Source: an uncultured Planctomycetota bacterium (lineage in GTDB: Bacteria > Planctomycetota > Planctomycetia > Pirellulales > Lacipirellulaceae). Taken from it: a stretch of 64,000 nucleotides of DNA. How positions within the stretch are numbered: position 1 is the first letter of the stretch; each line of letters opens with the position of its first letter. Below, piece by piece: positions 31,520-41,334 of this stretch. Position numbers and translations under genes: made by a program. The DNA is taken from assembly GCA_963719315.1 (NCBI GenBank), contig CAVRBU010000004.1:544001-608000 (forward strand). The letters are read 5' to 3'. The notes under the pieces are model-generated. The model did no database searches. It was not told the origin of the DNA and saw only the letters and a list, made by a program, of their open reading frames with translations.

Positions 31520-31794
31520 AGAAACAAAAACGCGATGCGTGGAAATCAGCGGCCGACTCCCTTGGCCGAGCCGCCGCCAGATTGGTTCTTCGTGAACCTT
31601 TACTATAAGTCACGCGGAATGAAGGCGAAAGCTCTCGATTCACAGGCGTGTTTCTCCGAAACTCGTATTTGCGTCTGAGAGATATGCGGCCACGTGGGGC
31701 GGCTACCCAGTCGGCAAGCGGAGCACTAAAATGATCGCGGCGTGAACTCGTTTCGAACCGACCGATTACTCGATTTCCACAGAGGAGAACTCCC

Positions 31795-32424
31795 ATGCGT
31801 AACCGAAACTGGATGGCCCTCGTAGCCGGATTGGCCGTTGTCGTTGTCGCCCTTTCATTCCACACTGCGAACTCGCAAGTGACCAAGGCGAAGTCCGCCG
31901 AGCACGCGGCCGCGGGAGCGGGGCTTAGCCAGAAGGCGGACTATGTCGTTTTCAAACCAACGATGGCCGTCGCCGTCGTTCAGGGCCTCGGCGAGCACAA
32001 AGTGAAGGGCAAGGTCACCTTCACGCAGAAGGCCGATGGCGTTGAAGTCGTCGCGGAACTAACCGGCCTGCATCCGGGCGAGCACGGTTTCCACATTCAC
32101 GAATACGGAGACTGCTCGATGGCCGACGGCAAATGCGCCGGCGGGCACTTCAACCCGACCAACATGCCCCACGGTGGCCCAGATAGTCCTAAGCGCCACG
32201 TCGGCGACCTCGGCAACATCAAAGCCGACTCCACCGGCAGAGCGATGTACAAGCGCCTCGATACGATGATCGCCCTCAGCGGTCCGAATTCCATCATCGG
32301 CCGCTCGGTCATCCTCCACGCCAAGGCCGACGACCTGAAAACCCAACCCTCCGGCGACGCCGGCGACCGCATCGGCTGCGGCACGATCGGCATCGCCGAT
32401 CCGAAGATGCAGATGGCGCATTAA
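31795..32424 (+). CDS. sodC: Periplasmic Cu/Zn superoxide dismutase
   Basis: Signal peptide, HGFHIHE, GGHFNP, RHVGDLGN, GDAGDRIGCG. Confidence 0.95.
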   Translation: MRNRNWMALVAGLAVVVVALSFHTANSQVTKAKSAEHAAAGAGLSQKADYVVFKPTMAVAVVQGLGEHKVKGKVTFTQKADGVEVVAELTGLHPGEHGFHIHEYGDCSMADGKCAGGHFNPTNMPHGGPDSPKRHVGDLGNIKADSTGRAMYKRLDTMIALSGPNSIIGRSVILHAKADDLKTQPSGDAGDRIGCGTIGIADPKMQMAH

Positions 32425-32440
32425 GTTGCCGTGCTAGTGC

Positions 32441-32737
32441 TTAGGTCCGAGTAAGATCCCAGCCTGCAGCGCGAGAGGCCAGTTCGGCTGCGTGCTGGGG
32501 CCAATCGTGTAAAGTTGCAGGGTCAAAATCAGCGCCGTTGGGCCACACCAACGTGTGTACTTCCGGATCGATACGAACTTGATTGAAAAGTTCGAGATCG
32601 CGTAATGGACCAAACAGGCTGCCTGTCAAAACTGGGCGGAAGTCGATCATTTGTTCCGTTTCATCATCGAAACGTACAAGTAGCTTGTACGGACCTTCCG
32701 ACTGAAACGATTCGATTCGATAGATGGGATGGGACAT
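32441..32737 (-). CDS. DUF2442 domain protein
   Basis: LLVRFDD...FGPLRDLELFNQV...LVWPNGADFDPATL. Confidence 0.85.
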   Translation of the reverse strand: MSHPIYRIESFQSEGPYKLLVRFDDETEQMIDFRPVLTGSLFGPLRDLELFNQVRIDPEVHTLVWPNGADFDPATLHDWPQHAAELASRAAGWDLTRT

Positions 32738-32757
32738 TTATTGTTCTAACCCTAACT

Positions 32758-32820
32758 TCAATCGAGCGGATCGATTGGTAACGGCGACTGACCAGCCTTG
32801 AGTCACTGCCAGTCGACCAT
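32758..32820 (-). pseudogene. C-terminal remnant of a DUF4160-like gene (usual partner of DUF2442)
   Basis: Reads MVDWQ*LKAGQSPLPIDPLD*, resembling DUF4160 C-termini; internal stop and no 5' part. Confidence 0.55.
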
Positions 32821-32867
32821 TGACCGTAGTGTTGAAGTACGACCTCGCTTCGACGAAGTTTATGAAT

Positions 32868-33851
32868 TCACCCCTTGCGATCAGTTATCAGCCGCTCGTC
32901 TACTTGTCTCTGGAACTCTCTTCGATCGTCCTCGCTAAGCGTGATCTTCTTACCCGGCGTATTGATGTTCCCATTGAGGTCAACGGAGAAAAGGATTTGT
33001 TTTCCGTTGACTACAGCGTGCTCTCTATGGACAAGGTACCCCTTGCCGAAACGGGCAATCAGTGGTGCGTGTTTACTGACAATGTTTTTCAACCTAGTTA
33101 ACTTTTCAAGAACTTTCACCAAGTACTCTGTGGCTTGTGCCGTCTGTAGGTACGAAGTGATAAGCGATGATTCGAGATCAATCACATATAACAGTAAACC
33201 TTTTGTGTAAATTACCTCGCATGGCTCAAATACCGGCTCCTCAATCGGTGATACCTTTGGAACATTCAATGCCGTCATTCGACGTTTGTGCGAATGAGTC
33301 GATTGGCACAACAGGTTGTATAGTTGATTTAGGCGCACTTTATCTCCCTGTTCAAGCAAGCCACTTTGTTTTGTTATCTCGCTTAGCTTTGCGTCGATCT
33401 TTTCGATGCCGCGATCTCCAGTGCTCCAAGCGTCCTTTGTAGGTTGCCCAGTTGCTTGTAGAAAGCGCAGATAATAGAGTTGCACCACTAGCTCGACGGT
33501 GTTCCGCAATACCCCTTGAGCTTGTTTCGTAAAGCCGTGCAGGAAGCACAGATAAGATGCTCGCCAATCATCGAATATCTCAGATATGAGGAGGGCTGGC
33601 CCAACAAACCAATTAAAAAGTTCAACGGTCCCCTCACTCGCCCATATATGATGCAGTTGTAGGTAGAATTCGATGCCCTCTGTTTCCTTCAAAGCCTGAT
33701 GGAGATCCTCGAAGCTTTGATGCCACAGCCGAACAAGTTTCTCTCTCATCTCAGAACGAATCATAATTCGTTCCACAATCGCGTCGAGTTGTTGTTTATC
33801 GTTAATCATCGCGTTCTCGCAATCCGCTACCTTTGCGACAGGTTCATTCAT
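32868..33851 (-). CDS. AT-rich hypothetical protein, possible HEPN-like (DUF5677-like) domain
   Basis: 327-aa ORF visibly AT-richer than flanks; AQGVLRNTVE and LYNLLCQSTH motifs. Confidence 0.7.
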   Translation of the reverse strand: MNEPVAKVADCENAMINDKQQLDAIVERIMIRSEMREKLVRLWHQSFEDLHQALKETEGIEFYLQLHHIWASEGTVELFNWFVGPALLISEIFDDWRASYLCFLHGFTKQAQGVLRNTVELVVQLYYLRFLQATGQPTKDAWSTGDRGIEKIDAKLSEITKQSGLLEQGDKVRLNQLYNLLCQSTHSHKRRMTALNVPKVSPIEEPVFEPCEVIYTKGLLLYVIDLESSLITSYLQTAQATEYLVKVLEKLTRLKNIVSKHAPLIARFGKGYLVHREHAVVNGKQILFSVDLNGNINTPGKKITLSEDDRREFQRQVDERLITDRKG

Positions 33852-35164
33852 GCCTTAACGCCTCAATCGGATCCAAGCTCGCCGCCCGTGCCGCCGGGTA
33901 CACGCCGAAGATTACGCCCACGAGCACCGAGATCGCGAACGCCAGCGGGATCGACCACGGGATGAGGTGCGGCTCCATCGTTTGAATCAGTTTCGGCACG
34001 TTGGCCATCTGTTGCGGGAACCAGTGGAAGAGCGCCTTGCGGGCGACCAGCGTCAGCGGCTGGCACAGTGCGCCGCTTAAGATGCCGAGCGAGCCGCCGA
34101 GCACGGAGAGCACGACGCTCTCGGCCAGGAACTGCCGTGTGATGTCGCGCTTTCTTCGCGCCGAGCGCCCGGCGAATACCCACTTCCCGCGTTCGCTCGA
34201 CCACGGTGGCGAGCATGATGTTCATGATGCCGATGCCGCCCACGACGAGCGAAATGGCCGCGATCAGGCCTAAGAACACCATGAACATGAGTTGTGTGGT
34301 GCGGGCTTGCTCCAAAAGCTCCAGCGGCACGACGACCGTGAAATCCGGCATCGTCGTGTGCTTATATAGCATCGTGTTCCGCACGAGATCGGCCGTTGGC
34401 AGCACCCAATCGCGATCCTTGACTTGAATCGTGACTTGGGACACCTGATTGACATCGCGCTGGAACTGGCCCGGCTTAATAGAGACGATCATGTCTCCCT
34501 CGCGGCGCCAGAGCGCCGTGATCGGAATATAGATATCATTCGCGAAGCTCTCGGCCGCCAACGAGCCGCCGATGCCGGCGGACGCCATCCGCGGCCGCAT
34601 GATGCCGACCACCACATAATAATCGTTGTTGATCAGGACCTTCTGGCCGAGGGGTTCGCCGAACGGAAATAATGTATCGGCCACCTCCGCCGCCAGCACG
34701 CAGTAGTTGCGGTCGTTGGCGACATCGGAATCCGACAGAAACCGCCCGCGATCGACCACCAGCCGCGTGACGTTGGCGTAATCGGGCGTCGTGCCCACGA
34801 GGCGGCCTTCGATCTTGCGATTCTTGTTGTGGAATTCGACCGACGGAATAATCCGCATCGGGATCGCCTTGGCGATCGTGGGCACGGTGGCGATGAGCCG
34901 CACGTAATCGTCGCGCGTCAGGCCATAGCCGGCGTCGAGGGCCTGGTCGCCGGATGGTTTCACCGTTCGAACAATGATGTTCAGAGCGCCCAGGCTGGAA
35001 ATCTGCTCTTGCGCCGCGCGGCTGATTCCCTCGCCCAGCGCCAGCAGCCAGATCACGCTCGACACCCCGATGAAGATGCCCAACACCGTCAGCGACGAGC
35101 GCAGCGGATGCATCCACAGGCTCCGAGCGGCCAACTGCAGCGTGCGTAACCAGACGGAAAACAT
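33844..35164 (-). CDS. MacB/FtsX-type ABC permease; +1 frameshift at ~34152
   Basis: RSSLTVLGIFIGV, VGGIGIMNIMLATVVERTREVGIRRALGA then shifted frame KRDITRQFLAE...PAARAASLDPIEALRHE. Confidence 0.92.
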
Positions 35165-35217
35165 GGGGAAGTGGGGAAGTGGGGAAGTGGAGTAGTGGAG
35201 GCAGCGAATGCGCTGCC
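35165..35217. repeat. 3' octamer arm of the four-helix cassette plus 7-bp hairpin
   Basis: (TGGGGAAG)3 TGGAGTAG TGGAG, reverse-complementary to 35615..35713; GGCAGCG-AATG-CGCTGCC hairpin next to the stop. Confidence 0.85.
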
Positions 35218-35218
35218 G

Positions 35219-35590
35219 TCACTTGAGTACAAACTTTTCTGGTGATCGGATCATACCGTTCAGCATCCGAGTGATTTCTGCATTCGCCTCGACCAATTCT
35301 TGGTGCTTCTCGTTCGACAGGTAACCGCAGGCTAGCGCGAAATCCAGCGACGTGTCCGTTTCCGCGTTCTCACCGTCGCAGTCGGTGAGCTTGCTGATGA
35401 AATGCGCTTCATAACGCCGTTTGGCCCAGGCCTCGCGCAGGTTCATACTGACCGATCGTGACGACCGCCGTATTTGACTCGTGAGCGCGTAACGCTCCTC
35501 AATCGGAAAATCCTTCGAGACCTCAAAAATCGCCATCGCCACTTCAAACGACTTCTTATAAACAATCAATTCCTTTACTGAATAAACCAT
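35219..35590 (-). CDS. Four helix bundle protein (23S rRNA intervening-sequence protein family)
   Basis: KELIVYKKS, FPIEERYALTSQIRRSSRSVSMNLREAWAKRRY...SKLTDCDGENAET. Confidence 0.93.
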   Translation of the reverse strand: MVYSVKELIVYKKSFEVAMAIFEVSKDFPIEERYALTSQIRRSSRSVSMNLREAWAKRRYEAHFISKLTDCDGENAETDTSLDFALACGYLSNEKHQELVEANAEITRMLNGMIRSPEKFVLK

Positions 35591-35600
35591 CTCGCCCCCT

Positions 35601-35713
35601 AACTACTCCCACTAACTACTCCACTACTCCACTACTCCACTACTCCACTACTCCACTACTCCACTACTCCACTACTCCACTACTCCACTACTCCACTACT
35701 CCACTACTCCACT
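35601..35713. repeat. Octamer tandem repeat (ACTACTCC) x12 perfect plus a degenerate unit
   Basis: Perfect array 35615..35713 starting 1 nt after the ATPase stop on the minus strand. Confidence 0.97.
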
Positions 35714-35714
35714 T

Positions 35715-36398
35715 TTACTTCCGTTCGTCCGAAACAATGTGCCCATCCAGCAAATGGATCGATCGCTTGGTCCGCGCTGCCACGTCGGGTTCGTGCGTCA
35801 CCATGATGATCGTGCGGCCTTCCCGATTCAGGTTTTCCAACAGATCGAGGATTTCGTGGGATGTTGTCGTATCCAAGTTGCCGGTGGGTTCGTCCGCCAA
35901 AATAAATTCAGGATTGTTGATCAGGCTGCGGGCGATGGCGACACGCTGCTGCTGACCGCCCGAAAGTTGCGTCGGCCGATGGTTCAGCCGCTGGCTGAGC
36001 CCGACCATCCCCGCCAACTCCAAACTTCGCGCTTTAGTTTCCGCGTTGATGCGTTGGCTGTAATACAGCGGCACCTGGATATTCTCCACGACCGTCAACG
36101 CGGAGAGCAAATTGTACGATTGAAAAATGAAGCCGATTCGCGTCGAGCGAACTTCCGCCAGCCGGTCGTCGCTCATCTGCGACACATCAACGTCGCTCAG
36201 CAAGTACTTACCCGCCGACGGCCGATCGAGACAGCCGAGCAAATTCAGCAGCGTGCTCTTACCGGAACCGGACGGCCCCATGATCGAGATGTAATCGCCC
36301 TCGGGTACATCGAACGACACGCCGCGCAGCGCATGGACCGTTTCGCCGCTGAGCACGTAGTCTTTGCGGAGCTCGACGACACTGACGGCCAGCCTCAT
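35715..36398 (-). CDS. ABC transporter ATP-binding protein (LolD/MacB-like)
   Basis: [33 protein letters not shown]. Confidence 0.97.
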   Translation of the reverse strand: MRLAVSVVELRKDYVLSGETVHALRGVSFDVPEGDYISIMGPSGSGKSTLLNLLGCLDRPSAGKYLLSDVDVSQMSDDRLAEVRSTRIGFIFQSYNLLSALTVVENIQVPLYYSQRINAETKARSLELAGMVGLSQRLNHRPTQLSGGQQQRVAIARSLINNPEFILADEPTGNLDTTTSHEILDLLENLNREGRTIIMVTHEPDVAARTKRSIHLLDGHIVSDERK

Positions 36399-38227
36399 TC
36401 GGCCGCCCCCTGCGATGCTTTTCCGCCTGGGAGCGGTCGATCGGCGGCACTCGCACCGATGGGCACGGGCCCCACGCCAGCCGCGCCGCCGGGACTACGA
36501 CGCCTCGCCGGCACGCCGCTCGGCGCCTCACTTGATTCGCCCGGCCGACCATTCTGCATCTGCACCGCGGCACCCGGTCCGCCCGCGCCCGGCCCCTCGC
36601 TACCGAGTCCGGTCGGCTGTTGGCCAGGACTCATTGCCGCTTGCCCCGGACGAGCGTCTTCTGGCCCTTTGGCAGCACTACCGACAACAGCACCAGCGCC
36701 CACACCAGGCTTGCCGTTTTGTGCCGTGCGTTCTGCCGATGGCGGTTGCGGCACCGCCCGTTGAATCTCTTCCGGCGGCAACTTGGGCAGGCTGACGTAA
36801 TCCACATACGCCCGCGGATTCAATGCCACTTGTTCGCCTTCTTCGAGGCCTTCTTCCACGACGAAAAACTTGTCGTTCGTCGGGCCCGCCTTCACTTCCC
36901 GCGCGGTCCATTGGCCATGGTCGTACACGAAGCAATAAAACTTCGGCCCGTACGCATAGATCGATTGCACCGGCACCTGAATCGCGTTCAGCACTTCGGC
37001 ACAGTTAATCGTCACCGAGGCGGTCATTCCCGATCGCAGCTCTGGCACAACGTCGTCGATGTGGATAAACGCCTTGTATTCTTTGACGTTCGCCTGTCGC
37101 CAACTGGTCGGTTCCGCGTACTGATTGACCTTTTCCACGACGCCGTGCAGCACGCGATCGCCAAAACCCACCGGGCGAATTTCGGCCGTGAAGCCGGGCT
37201 GTACGTATTGCACCAGCGACTCATTGACGGTCAGGTTCACGCGCATCGAATCCGCGTTGGGCAGCTTGATGATCGTTTGTCGTTCGCGAACGATGGTGCC
37301 TTCATCGACGATGAACTGCTGGTCGCCGCGGTTATCGGTGACATGCGCGTACTTCACGACGCCATCTTGCGGCGCGGTAATCGTGCATTTGGCGATCTGA
37401 TCGTCGAGGTCTTGCAGCTTCTGAGTTTCGAGCTGATCGCTGCTCTGGGCCGCATCCCACTTGGCCTTCGCGATCAAGATGGCGCTTTCGAGGGTCGATA
37501 CCTGTTTGGGCTTCGTGAACTCATCCAACACCTTGATCTTGGTCTTGGCCGCGTCGAGGTCTTTTTTGGCCTTCTCCACCGCAAACCGGTCGGCCTCGAG
37601 CTGGTTCTCATTCACATAACCCTTCGACGCCAGCTTCTGGCTGTAGGCGTAATACTCCTTCGCCCGATTGAGATTCTCTTCCGCCACGAACTGCTCGCTT
37701 TCGGCCGTCTGCCGATCTTGCAGGTACGTACCTTCCAGATACTCTCGCTTGGCGATGACCGCGACGTCGTAATTGTTATGGGCTTCCACTTCGAGCGCTT
37801 TGGCGTCGTTGACCAGAATCATCTGGCTGGGTCGCTGGGCAACCAGCGCCGAGGAATCGAGCTCGACCAGGAAATCGCCCTTCTTGACTACCGTGCCTTC
37901 TGGCACGATCCGCAAGATGGCATTGCCGCTCGTGTTGTTCGATTTCACGAGCGAACGCACTTCGGTGACGTCGAAAGCTTCGACCTCGCCACGTTCGGTG
38001 ATGTTCAGCTCGAAGTCGTCGCGTTGCACGGTGTGCAACAGGATGTTCGCGTCCTGCGACGAATCACCGCGCTTCGTGAACCACCAGTATCCGCCGCCGG
38101 CAGCCAGCATGATGGCCACGAGCGCAGCAGCGGTAAGCGTGGTGAACCCGCCGGTGCGAGACCTTTCACCAGCCTTCAATGACAAGCGAGGCGTCGTCGG
38201 TGGCCTGCGCCCAACCAATGCCATCAT
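36395..38227 (-). CDS. Efflux periplasmic adaptor (HlyD/MacA-like); start uncertain
   Basis: TM anchor, IVPEGTVVKKGDFLVELD, coiled coil, ITAPQDG, LRSGMTASV. Confidence 0.88.
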   Translation of the reverse strand: MMALVGRRPPTTPRLSLKAGERSRTGGFTTLTAAALVAIMLAAGGGYWWFTKRGDSSQDANILLHTVQRDDFELNITERGEVEAFDVTEVRSLVKSNNTSGNAILRIVPEGTVVKKGDFLVELDSSALVAQRPSQMILVNDAKALEVEAHNNYDVAVIAKREYLEGTYLQDRQTAESEQFVAEENLNRAKEYYAYSQKLASKGYVNENQLEADRFAVEKAKKDLDAAKTKIKVLDEFTKPKQVSTLESAILIAKAKWDAAQSSDQLETQKLQDLDDQIAKCTITAPQDGVVKYAHVTDNRGDQQFIVDEGTIVRERQTIIKLPNADSMRVNLTVNESLVQYVQPGFTAEIRPVGFGDRVLHGVVEKVNQYAEPTSWRQANVKEYKAFIHIDDVVPELRSGMTASVTINCAEVLNAIQVPVQSIYAYGPKFYCFVYDHGQWTAREVKAGPTNDKFFVVEEGLEEGEQVALNPRAYVDYVSLPKLPPEEIQRAVPQPPSAERTAQNGKPGVGAGAVVGSAAKGPEDARPGQAAMSPGQQPTGLGSEGPGAGGPGAAVQMQNGRPGESSEAPSGVPARRRSPGGAAGVGPVPIGASAADRPLPGGKASQGAAE

Positions 38228-38379
38228 GAAAACTCCCAGCAGTCGGCAGAATACCGTCTCAGAACGGCCCAACCAATACATTAACCCCGGCGACCGGGCG
38301 AAGTGCCGAATCGCCGCGATGCTCACCCGCACTGCGATCCAATCTGAATTATAGACATTTGACTACCAAATGTTAGCCG

Positions 38380-38436
38380 GAGTGCAGTCCGCTCGCTCCG
38401 CGAGCGGAATTCGGCTGGCGGAGCAAGCCGTCTACA
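38380..38436. repeat. Degenerate REP doublet (CCGCTCGCTCCGCGAGCGG family)
   Basis: TCCGCTCGCTCCGCGAGCGGA hairpin then GGCTGGCGGAGCAAGCCGTCTACAC; related to 63521 copy. Confidence 0.55.
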
Positions 38437-38445
38437 CTAAACCGC

Positions 38446-41334
38446 TTATTTCAATGGCTCCGAGCTGGGGTCAGCCGGCGGCGGTAAGAGCCCCGGCCCC
38501 GGCGGGGTGCTTGCAGGTCCCTGCAAGGCGGGCCCTTCAGTCTGGCGCGGATTCGGCGAGGGTCGCGGCAATTCCTCTTGTCCGTGGTGATCCGAACTTC
38601 CGGCCGAATCGCCCGAGTTCAACGACGCCTCCTCGGATTGCAAAAACGCGCAAGGCTCTGGCTCCTCGCACGGAGCCGTGCAAGGCAACTGTGTTAAATA
38701 CGTTCGGAGGGGCTGGTTGTGTTCGATACGAACACCGCGGCCGTCGAGTTCCATCGTGCCTAACTCGAAATCCAGGCTGAGTTCCTGCACGTCGTGATCC
38801 ACCCAAACGCTCAAAAAGTCGTTCTGCACGTTGAGTAGATCGATCAGCGCGTTGACCAGGTCGCGGGCCACCGTATCGCCGAATTGCGATTGTCCGCCCG
38901 GCTCCGTCGGCTGCCCAGGCGCCGACGGCGGAACGGGACGCGCCGGTTCCGAAAGTTTCAGTCTCGCCAAATCGACCTGCGTTATCGCCACATGGACCGC
39001 GGCCCGGCGGAGTTCGAAATTGAGATCGTCCAATTGCAAATTCCGGAGCGTCGAGCGCAAGTTGCGCTGAATGCGGTCGCGGAACTGGTAGTACGACCGC
39101 TTGGCCTGCTGATACTCGATCAGCGATTGCCGATACGTATTCCGCTCGGCCAGCCTGGTGAGCGGCGGGTCGAATTGCAGCCCCACGCGGAGCCGGCCGT
39201 TGGACCCCCGCAGATCGAAGGGCCTCTGGCTGGCGTTTTGCAAGTCGCCGCTAAACACCAAGTTCAAGTCGCTCTCCAGGCTATTGGCATTGAATTGAAT
39301 CAGCCGCCACGAATCGACTACCGACGCGCGGGCATTCATCCAATCGCGGCGATAGCGGCTCGCTATGCAATAGGCCTCTTTATCCGAGAGGTCCACCTCA
39401 TTGAAAGAGATCGCATCGAGACGCGCCCGGGCTTGCAGCAGCGAGAGCTCCAATAATGCTCCCGAAAGCTTATTGAGCGCGCTCGTGAGTTTGGTTCGAT
39501 GCTCCGCGGGAGGCAACGTCGTGGTGCCCGTTACACCGTCCAGTTCAACCCAAATCGCTTGCAATTGCTTGCCGAGCAATTCGTACTCGCTCTTCGTGGC
39601 TTCGTAGCGCTCGTTCAACCGCTCGACGCTCACCAAATCGGGATCGATATTCGCTTCCTTCGCCTCTTTGCGAATCGACAACCGCTCCAGGAACGCGCAA
39701 CGCGCCGGCAGGGCCGCCTCCAGCCGAGCAAGATCGAGCTGGGCCGCGGCAAAACGTGCCTGCGATGCCGTTCGTGCCGCAGCACTTTGTTGAACCAACG
39801 AGCCAAAATCCGGTGTCGTGACCGCACGCTTGATCCGCAATTGGTCCGCCTTCAGTTGTGCCGCCGGGAGGTTCGGCAGCCCTTCGGGCGTGGTCGCCAG
39901 CCCACCCTCGCGCAGCTCCGTCAGCAAGTCGGTTACGCGAATCTGGAGCGCGGAGAGGTCCGGATCGAGCAAATTGAAATGATCCAGCAGCGGATCGGCA
40001 ATTTTCACCTCCAAGGAGGGTGGCAAACCATACTGCAGCTTGAAATTGTCCAGCGCGTCGGCATATATGTTTTCGTTGTTCAGCAATTGGCTCTGGGCGT
40101 TGTAGAGCGCCTGGCGGGCCAAATCGACCTGAAAGCGGTCGATTCTCCCGGCCTCGTTTGCGGATTGCAATTGCTCCAAGCTGTCGCCGAGAGCCGCGAT
40201 GTTCGAGTATTGATTGCGAATGATCTGCGCCGTTTGCAGCAGGCCGATATAGCCGCCCGCTTGCTGTGCTCCGGCGCCGCCCGTGAAACCGAATACCTGT
40301 CCGGCCTGGTTGCCGCCCGCGGCGCCCACGCGACCAAATCCGCCGACGCCGACGCCGCTGAAACCTTCCAAACCGCTACCGCCCAGCAAACCGCCCCGCC
40401 GGCTGGGGCCCTGCCCCGGATCGCGGCCCGTCACCACGTTCAGGTAAAACCCGCGTTGGTAGTGCTCCATCTGCCGCACATTCGCCAACAGCGATCGTTC
40501 GGAAATCGTGAGCCGCTCCAAGACCCGCGCCCGCCCGCCTGCCCGCAATAGAGGTTGAATCAAGTTGAAATTCAGCAGTGTCTGGCTCGAATAATCATCC
40601 GGACCGGCAAACTGCCACATGAGCGAATTCGCGAAGCCGACCATCAACTCGCCGCCGGTGGCCGTCAGCTTTTCGATCCGATAGGGATTTTCGGGCCGCG
40701 ACGGATTGACTTCCAACACGCTCGACCCGCCCGCCTTGCCGGCGCGGATCGGACCTTCCGCTGTGTAGAAGACCGAGGTGCCGCCAAAGAACTGCGAGTC
40801 GAATCGGAACCGCTCGAACGTCACATCGAGGCCCGACAAGTACAGCGTTTCAAGTTGCTGCTGGTACGTCGGCGATTCCAACAGCGCCACCTGCACGGCG
40901 CCCGGCAAATCGAGGACCACGTTGCCCTGCTGATCGCGCGGCAGAAAGCTTTCCCAACTCGGATTATCCACGAAGGGCGTATGGCCCGCGTGCCGCCAGC
41001 AGGGCGCGCCCGGTTTGCAATCGACGCAGTTCATCAACTGATGCGAGATCGGATCGTCCGGCGGCATCGGCGGGCAATCCGGGCTGTTCGGGTCGAACAT
41101 CCGCGACTTCGGATCGACATCGATCCGGAATTCGCCCGGCGCTTCGCCGAGCGCAACCGACTTGTGGTCGATGATGCAATTCACCTCACGGTCAGCCTGC
41201 CGGCGGTAGTAGGGCCGCGTGCAACCCGTCGACGTAGCGAGCATCGACACGATCAGCAACCACACCGTAGCACGGGCCGCCGGCCTGTGCGAATAAATCA
41301 GTTGGCGCCCGGATTTTGAATTGATTTTCATCAT
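38446..41334 (-). CDS. TolC-like outer membrane efflux lipoprotein (planctomycete type)
   Basis: Lipobox-like STGC, YQQQLETLYLSGLDVTFERFRF, QPLLRAGGR, RLAERNTYRQSLIEYQ; ATGA overlap with MarR gene. Confidence 0.8.
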   Translation of the reverse strand: MMKINSKSGRQLIYSHRPAARATVWLLIVSMLATSTGCTRPYYRRQADREVNCIIDHKSVALGEAPGEFRIDVDPKSRMFDPNSPDCPPMPPDDPISHQLMNCVDCKPGAPCWRHAGHTPFVDNPSWESFLPRDQQGNVVLDLPGAVQVALLESPTYQQQLETLYLSGLDVTFERFRFDSQFFGGTSVFYTAEGPIRAGKAGGSSVLEVNPSRPENPYRIEKLTATGGELMVGFANSLMWQFAGPDDYSSQTLLNFNLIQPLLRAGGRARVLERLTISERSLLANVRQMEHYQRGFYLNVVTGRDPGQGPSRRGGLLGGSGLEGFSGVGVGGFGRVGAAGGNQAGQVFGFTGGAGAQQAGGYIGLLQTAQIIRNQYSNIAALGDSLEQLQSANEAGRIDRFQVDLARQALYNAQSQLLNNENIYADALDNFKLQYGLPPSLEVKIADPLLDHFNLLDPDLSALQIRVTDLLTELREGGLATTPEGLPNLPAAQLKADQLRIKRAVTTPDFGSLVQQSAAARTASQARFAAAQLDLARLEAALPARCAFLERLSIRKEAKEANIDPDLVSVERLNERYEATKSEYELLGKQLQAIWVELDGVTGTTTLPPAEHRTKLTSALNKLSGALLELSLLQARARLDAISFNEVDLSDKEAYCIASRYRRDWMNARASVVDSWRLIQFNANSLESDLNLVFSGDLQNASQRPFDLRGSNGRLRVGLQFDPPLTRLAERNTYRQSLIEYQQAKRSYYQFRDRIQRNLRSTLRNLQLDDLNFELRRAAVHVAITQVDLARLKLSEPARPVPPSAPGQPTEPGGQSQFGDTVARDLVNALIDLLNVQNDFLSVWVDHDVQELSLDFELGTMELDGRGVRIEHNQPLRTYLTQLPCTAPCEEPEPCAFLQSEEASLNSGDSAGSSDHHGQEELPRPSPNPRQTEGPALQGPASTPPGPGLLPPPADPSSEPLK

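Noticed and set aside
35219..35590. Diversity-generating retroelement (Avd-like gene)
   Set aside because: No reverse transcriptase and no TR/VR pair with adenine-specific mismatches; the 37-bp duplicate at 56252/57129 is exact.
35601..35713. Possible CRISPR array (also 60953-61061)
   Set aside because: Contiguous 7-8-nt units with no spacers, and no cas genes in the window.
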